A stretch of 64,000 bases of DNA, taken from positions 8,458 through 72,457 of the forward strand of contig CAYFOA010000009.1 of NCBI GenBank assembly GCA_964344575.1. Reading direction: 5' to 3'. Each line of letters begins with the position of its first letter. The stretch's first letter is position 1. Position numbers and translations under genes: made by a program. Positions 60,101-64,000 of the stretch are shown here, piece by piece. This DNA is from an uncultured Rickettsiales bacterium (lineage in GTDB: Bacteria > Myxococcota_A > UBA796 > UBA9615). The notes under the pieces were generated by a model. That model did no database searches, was not told the origin of the DNA, and saw only the letters and a program-made list of their open reading frames with translations.

Positions 60101-60437
60101 GGGCGGCGCCGCGCTCCAGCCGGTGCTCTACGCGCTCGCCGCGGAGAAGCTCCTGGAGCTCCCCGTCGTCAGCGGCCGCCTCTGGTACTGCACGTCCGCG
60201 GGGGGCTTCAAGGAGACCGAGGTCGAGCTCAACGATCGCGCCCGCGACGCCGCCGAGGCGCTCGCGCAGACCCTCGGGGGACGCCTCGAGCGGCACGACT
60301 TCCCCGCGTTCCCGGCCGAGGGGAGCTGCCGGTGGTGCGACTACCAGCCCGTCTGCGGACCCCACGAGGAGCTGCGCGCGGGGCCGAAGTCGGCGGCCGC
60401 CAAGGCGGATCTCGTCGCGCTCCGGAGCCGCAAGTGA
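57135..60437 (+). CDS. addB: AddB-type helicase-nuclease subunit (inactive helicase lobe + PD-(D/E)XK nuclease with Fe-S staple)
   Basis: 1100 aa. The C-terminal nuclease has the Cys pattern FASCPYRF ... GSCRWCDYQPVCG (C...CxxCx5C). It is translationally coupled (GTGA) to the downstream UvrD-like helicase. Confidence 0.8.
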   Translation: MTHRLVRSPRARPRLLAAAKWLTERGTGARVLVVGAQRDAARDVVRLVASRAGASFGWTPTTLDALARELAGPALAAAGLAPAPGVAVEAVCARVVAEASAGGTLGRFEPVAETPGLPRALARTLGELRLADMPTSRLPQTLATLADAFDEALAATGLADRAAVLKAATAAAEGGSAGPALLLLDPAIGSPVEQRFVTALAARAPHVLVTLPTGDARTARYVSQALSAAAVARGDGGAAEFEELLAGGEAALARLQRNLFAEEAPPEAPADGSVVLMSAPGEGREAVEIARRIHRAADRGMAFDRIAVLTRSPELYRAHLEEALRRAGVPAWFDRGARRPDLGGRALLALLACAAEGLSARRFAEYLSLGEVPDAEPAGAPPEPVPPAHRWVPAADADAEVAPDEAPARHGEDGADGEDGDVAAAAAPGATTAPVYRGTLRAPRRWEQLLVEAAVIGGLDRWRRRLDGLRAETETWRETVDDEDPKAGWIDRRLVELRHLEAFALPLLADLADLPAAATWGVWIDLLGDLATRAVAHPERVLALLGALLPMASVGPVDLAEVRRVLEKRLTDLVEYPSGRRFGRVFVGPPEAARGRSFEMVFVPGVAERLFPKKLVEDPILLDELRRGLSADLETADDRVDAERLRLRLAVGAANKQLVLSWPRIDTARSRPRVPSFYGLEVVRAAEGTLPGFGELAARGDAESAVRIAWPAPADPGEAIDPAEHDLALFDRVRRKTQPEAAGTMRYLLEANPFLARSLRARYARWTVSKFNQHDGLVAPREEAAAAMAAHQLEARSFSATALQDFASCPYRFALRTVFRLAPREVPEAIEYLDPLSRGSLVHDTQFEVLTELRSSGRLPITAANLRACRDVLDATLDAVAARYAEELVPAIPRVWNDAVAAIRTDLREWLRLLSEDVAWTPHRFELAFGLSGDDGRDEHSVPDPVPLDCGIRLRGSIDLVEQARDGSAIRVTDSKTGRARVSPGAVIKGGAALQPVLYALAAEKLLELPVVSGRLWYCTSAGGFKETEVELNDRARDAAEALAQTLGGRLERHDFPAFPAEGSCRWCDYQPVCGPHEELRAGPKSAAAKADLVALRSRK

Positions 60438-63400
60438 CCGCGCGCCTCGCCGACCAGGACGCGCGCGACCGGATCGCGCACGACCTCGACACCACGCTCG
60501 TCGTCGAGGCGGCCGCGGGGACGGGCAAGACGACGGCCCTGGTGGGGCGCATCCTCGGGCTCGTCCGGACCGGCCGGACGCGGCTCGGGCGCGTGGTCGC
60601 GGTCACGTTCACCGAGAAGGCGGCGGGGGAGATGAAGATCCGCCTCCGGACCGAGATCGAGCGGGCGCGGGCGGAGACGACGGGGCCCGAGGCGGACCGG
60701 CTCGACGAGGCGCTGCAGGAGCTGGAGGCGGCTCGCATCGGGACCATCCACGCGCTGTGCGGGGACCTCCTCCGGGAGCGGCCCGTCGAGGCCGGCATCG
60801 ACCCGATGTTCGAGACGATCGGCGACGAAGACGAGGGGCGCCGCCTCTTCCAGCAGGCGTTCGACCGGTGGTACCCGCAGATCCTCGCCGCCCCCCCCGA
60901 GGGCGTCCGCCGCGTCCTCCGTCGCCCCGCCCGCCGCGACTCGAGCCCCCGCGACCAGCTCGCCGACGCGGGGTGGCGGCTCGCCGAGCACCGCGACTTC
61001 ACGGGGACCTGGCGCCGCGATCCGTTCGCCCGGACCGACGCGATCGACGACCTGATCGACCAGGTCCGCGAGCTGGGGGCCCTGGACGACGAGATCACGA
61101 ACCCCGACCACTGGGTGGCGAAGGCGATCGCCGAGATCCGCCGCTGGAGCGACGACCTCGACCGGAGCGAGGCGGCGCGGGGGCGCGACCACGACGCCCT
61201 GGAGGCGCGGCTTCGGAGCTTCACGTACGGCAAGAAGTGGGAGTGGCGCGGCTTCGACGTCGCCGAGCTCGCGCCGGGGCTGTCCCGGGACGACATCGTC
61301 GAGCGACGCGACGAGCTCAAGGCCGCGCTGGACGACGTGGTGGCCCGCTGCGACGCCGACCTCGCCGCCTGCCTGCACGCCGATCTGCAGCCGCTGGTGG
61401 CCGCCTACACCGAGCTCAAGAGGCGCGCCGGGGCGCTGGACTTCGTCGACCTCCTGGTCGAGGCGAGGGACCTCCTCCGGGACCACGACGACGTCCGCGC
61501 CGAGCTGCAGAAGCGGTTCGCCTACGTGCTCGTCGACGAGTTCCAGGACACCGACCCGCTGCAGGTCGAGATCGTGATGCTCCTCGCCGGCGACGTCCCC
61601 GGGAAGCTGTTCGTCGTGGGCGACCCGAAGCAGTCGATCTACCGCTTCCGCCGCGCGGACATCGCCATCTACGAGGCCGCCAAGGCGCAGCTGACGGCCC
61701 GCGGCGCGGACGTGCTCCAGCTGTCGGTCAGCTTCCGCGCCGACCCCCGGATCCAGGCCGCCGTCAACGCCGCCTTCGCGCCCGTGATGACGGGGGGGAC
61801 GCAGGCGTCGTACGTGCCCCTGCAGGAGTTCCGGGAGGCGGACCTGCGTCGCCCCGCGGTCGTCGCGCTGCCCGTCCCCGCGCCCTACGCGCACTACGGG
61901 AAGATCCTCGAGAAGCAGCTCCGGACGTCGCTCCCCGGCGCCGTCGCGGGGTGGGTGGACTGGCTGCTGAAGCGGAGCGGCTGGGAGGTCGACGGGCGGC
62001 CGCTGAGGAGCTCCGACGTCTGCCTCCTCTTCCGCCGGTTCAAGCGCTGGAACGAGCAGGTCACCAGCGACTACGTCCGCGGCTTGGAGACGCGCGGCAT
62101 CCCTCACGTCCTCGTCGGCGGGCGGACCCTGCACGACCGCGAGGAGGTGGCGGCGCTCCGGAACGCGCTCACCGCGATCGAGTGGCCCGACGACGAGCTG
62201 AGCGTGTTCGCGACGCTGAAGGGTCCGCTCTTCGCCGTCGCCGACGACGCGATGCTGGCGTGGAAGGCGTCCCTCGGAAAGCTCCACCCCCTGCGGCCGC
62301 TGGACGAAGCGGCCGTCGCCGCGCTGAGCGAGCCGCTCCGGGAGGTCGCCGACGCGCTGGCCGTCCTGAAGGAGCTGCACCGCGGAAGGAACCGGCGCCC
62401 CGTCGCGGACACGGTCGGCCGCCTCCTGGAAGCGACCCGCGCCCACGCCGGGTTCGCCAACTGGAACGCGGGCGACCAGGTCCTCGCCAACGTCCTCCGG
62501 GTGGCCGAGCTGGGGCGGCGGTTCGAGGCGCAGCGGCAGGCGACCTCGTTCCGCGCCTTCGTCGAGCACCTCGCGGACGCGGCCGAGCGCGGCGGCAGCA
62601 GCCAGGCGCCGGTCATCGAGGAGGGGACCGAGGGCGTCCGGCTGATGACGGTCCACAAGGCCAAGGGGCTGGAGTTCCCGGTCGTCGTGCTGTGCGACAT
62701 GACGGCGTCGGAGATCCCGCGGAAGCCGACGCGGCACGTCGATCCCGCGACCCACACCTGGTACGGCCCGATCGCGGGGTGCGTCCCCGTCGAGCTCCTC
62801 GAGGCCGCTCCGGAGGTGCTCCAGCGCGACCGCGAGGAGGCCCACCGGTTGCTGTACGTCGCCGCGACGCGGGCCCGCGACGTGCTCGTCGTGCCGGGCG
62901 TCGGCGACGGCGAGCAGGAGGGCTGGGTCCAGGTCCTCAACCCGGCGATCTACCCGAAGCGGGCGGCGCGGGGGGCATCGATGGAGGCGCCGGGGTGCCC
63001 CCCCTTCGGGGACGACACGGTGGCGGACCGGCCCGACGATCGGAAGGCGCGGCGGACGACGGCGACGGTCCGGCCGGGGCTCCACCGGGCGTCGACGGAC
63101 AACCCGGTGGTGTGGTGGGACCCCACGGTGGTGCCGGTCTCCGGGCGGCCGAAGCACGGGCTGCGGTCGCACTGGCTGCTCGCGCCGGATCCCGACACCG
63201 GTCGCGCGACGCGGTCGGTGGAGGACCACCACGCGTGGCTGACGGCGCGGACGGCGCGGCTGGCCCAGGGCGGCAAGCCGACGCTCCGGGTCCTCGGCAC
63301 GCGCGAGAAGGCGGAGACGCCGCGTCCCGACGGGGGCCCCGTCGAGCTGCAACACACGACGGTCGCGCGGGACGGCCGCCCCTCGGGGACCCGGTTCGGG

Positions 63401-63808
63401 GCCCTGGTCCACCAGTCGATCGCGACGGTTCCGCTCGACGGGGACGCTGCCGCGGTCGCGTCCGCGGTCGCGGTCCAGGCCCGCGTCGTGGGCGCGTCCG
63501 ACGAGGAGATCGCCGCCGCCGGGGCCGCGGTCGTGGCGGCGCTGGCCCATCCCCTCTTCCGCCGCGCCGCCGCCGCCGACGAGCTCCGCCGGGAGGACGC
63601 GCTGTCGGTGTTCGTGGACCGCGAGCTGGTCGAGGGGACGCTGGACCTGGCGTTCCGGGAAGGCGGTCGGTGGACCGTGCTGGAGCTGAAGACGTCGCTC
63701 GCCACGGACGAGGAGCGGACCCACGCCGAGGAGCAGCTGCGGTGGTACGTCCGCGCGGTGGCGACGGCGACGGGGCAGCCGACCGAGGGGCTGATCCTGA
63801 TGGTGTGA
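60434..63808 (+). CDS. addA: AddA-type UvrD/Rep-family helicase with C-terminal RecB-like nuclease
   Basis: The GTG at 60434 overlaps the addB stop. Walker A AAAGTGKTT, then UvrD motifs (VDEFQDTDPLQ, VGDPKQSIYRFRRAD) and a C-terminal PD-(D/E)XK region. Confidence 0.85.
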   Translation: MTARLADQDARDRIAHDLDTTLVVEAAAGTGKTTALVGRILGLVRTGRTRLGRVVAVTFTEKAAGEMKIRLRTEIERARAETTGPEADRLDEALQELEAARIGTIHALCGDLLRERPVEAGIDPMFETIGDEDEGRRLFQQAFDRWYPQILAAPPEGVRRVLRRPARRDSSPRDQLADAGWRLAEHRDFTGTWRRDPFARTDAIDDLIDQVRELGALDDEITNPDHWVAKAIAEIRRWSDDLDRSEAARGRDHDALEARLRSFTYGKKWEWRGFDVAELAPGLSRDDIVERRDELKAALDDVVARCDADLAACLHADLQPLVAAYTELKRRAGALDFVDLLVEARDLLRDHDDVRAELQKRFAYVLVDEFQDTDPLQVEIVMLLAGDVPGKLFVVGDPKQSIYRFRRADIAIYEAAKAQLTARGADVLQLSVSFRADPRIQAAVNAAFAPVMTGGTQASYVPLQEFREADLRRPAVVALPVPAPYAHYGKILEKQLRTSLPGAVAGWVDWLLKRSGWEVDGRPLRSSDVCLLFRRFKRWNEQVTSDYVRGLETRGIPHVLVGGRTLHDREEVAALRNALTAIEWPDDELSVFATLKGPLFAVADDAMLAWKASLGKLHPLRPLDEAAVAALSEPLREVADALAVLKELHRGRNRRPVADTVGRLLEATRAHAGFANWNAGDQVLANVLRVAELGRRFEAQRQATSFRAFVEHLADAAERGGSSQAPVIEEGTEGVRLMTVHKAKGLEFPVVVLCDMTASEIPRKPTRHVDPATHTWYGPIAGCVPVELLEAAPEVLQRDREEAHRLLYVAATRARDVLVVPGVGDGEQEGWVQVLNPAIYPKRAARGASMEAPGCPPFGDDTVADRPDDRKARRTTATVRPGLHRASTDNPVVWWDPTVVPVSGRPKHGLRSHWLLAPDPDTGRATRSVEDHHAWLTARTARLAQGGKPTLRVLGTREKAETPRPDGGPVELQHTTVARDGRPSGTRFGALVHQSIATVPLDGDAAAVASAVAVQARVVGASDEEIAAAGAAVVAALAHPLFRRAAAADELRREDALSVFVDRELVEGTLDLAFREGGRWTVLELKTSLATDEERTHAEEQLRWYVRAVATATGQPTEGLILMV

Positions 63809-63814
63809 GGGCTA

Positions 63815-64000
63815 CCGCAGCACGTAGTCGAGGGGGCGGCTCCGGCTGCCGCGGGCGGCGCGCTGGCCGTCCTTCGTCAGCGCCTCGATGTAGTACTTGA
63901 CGTGCCCCGCGGCCGACGCCGGGAAGCGGACGTCGGCGGCGTACTCGTCGCCTCCGACGGGAGACATCTCCGCGATCGCGAAGTCGTCCTGGTTGTTCGA
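63815..64000 (-). CDS. 3' end of a minus-strand gene continuing beyond the window (hypothetical)
   Basis: The reverse-strand reading ...AAGHVKYYIEALTKDGQRAARGSRSRPLDYVLR* ends with TAG at 63815-63817. The window edge truncates it. Confidence 0.35.

Overview
This is a high-GC (about 70%) bacterial chromosome segment. It starts in a lower-GC, DnaA-box-like region and runs into an almost fully translationally coupled replication array (dnaN, recF, gyrB, gyrA). Between gyrB and gyrA the array is interrupted by a frameshifted fabH and a split pair of ArsA/Get3-like P-loop ATPases, which is unusual. The rest of the window carries:
- a TPR lipoprotein and a roughly 1100-aa orphan beta-rich protein
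- hemL and an AbiEii-type nucleotidyltransferase pair
- trxA and thrC
- a standalone PilZ protein
- a Ser/Thr-kinase plus AAA plus TPR (STAND-like) protein, frameshifted in a G7 run
- a TonB-C::TonB-dependent-receptor fusion with an RHH regulator
- dksA and priA, then a pseudo-receiver domain protein
- gshB and a secreted TPR protein
- a four-gene coupled envelope operon (secreted protein, helical lipoprotein, TSP3-OmpA lipoprotein, HEAT-like secreted protein)
- an MNT/HepT toxin-antitoxin pair
- a large LamG-containing lipoprotein
- an NAD-dependent epimerase
- a preT/preA dihydropyrimidine-dehydrogenase locus split by an MFS transporter and an antisense pseudokinase
- a PAP2 phosphatase and an aldehyde dehydrogenase
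- three paralogous small secreted proteins (about 150 aa, unrecognised family) flanking a Myxococcus-type cysteine-rich-repeat/Kelch lipoprotein and a TPR membrane protein
- a YHS-like metal-binding protein and an NCS1 permease
- addB/addA, and a partial gene at the 3' end.
I recognised no rRNA, tRNA, CRISPR array, integrase or transposase. The gene content (MCR repeats, Kelch, eukaryotic-like kinases, many TPR lipoproteins) suggests a Myxococcota-like deltaproteobacterium, but that is inference only. Many long antisense ORFs in the supplied track are GC-richness artefacts. Two frameshifts sit in homopolymer runs and may be sequencing errors. Three coupled genes appear to have only CTG as a possible start codon.
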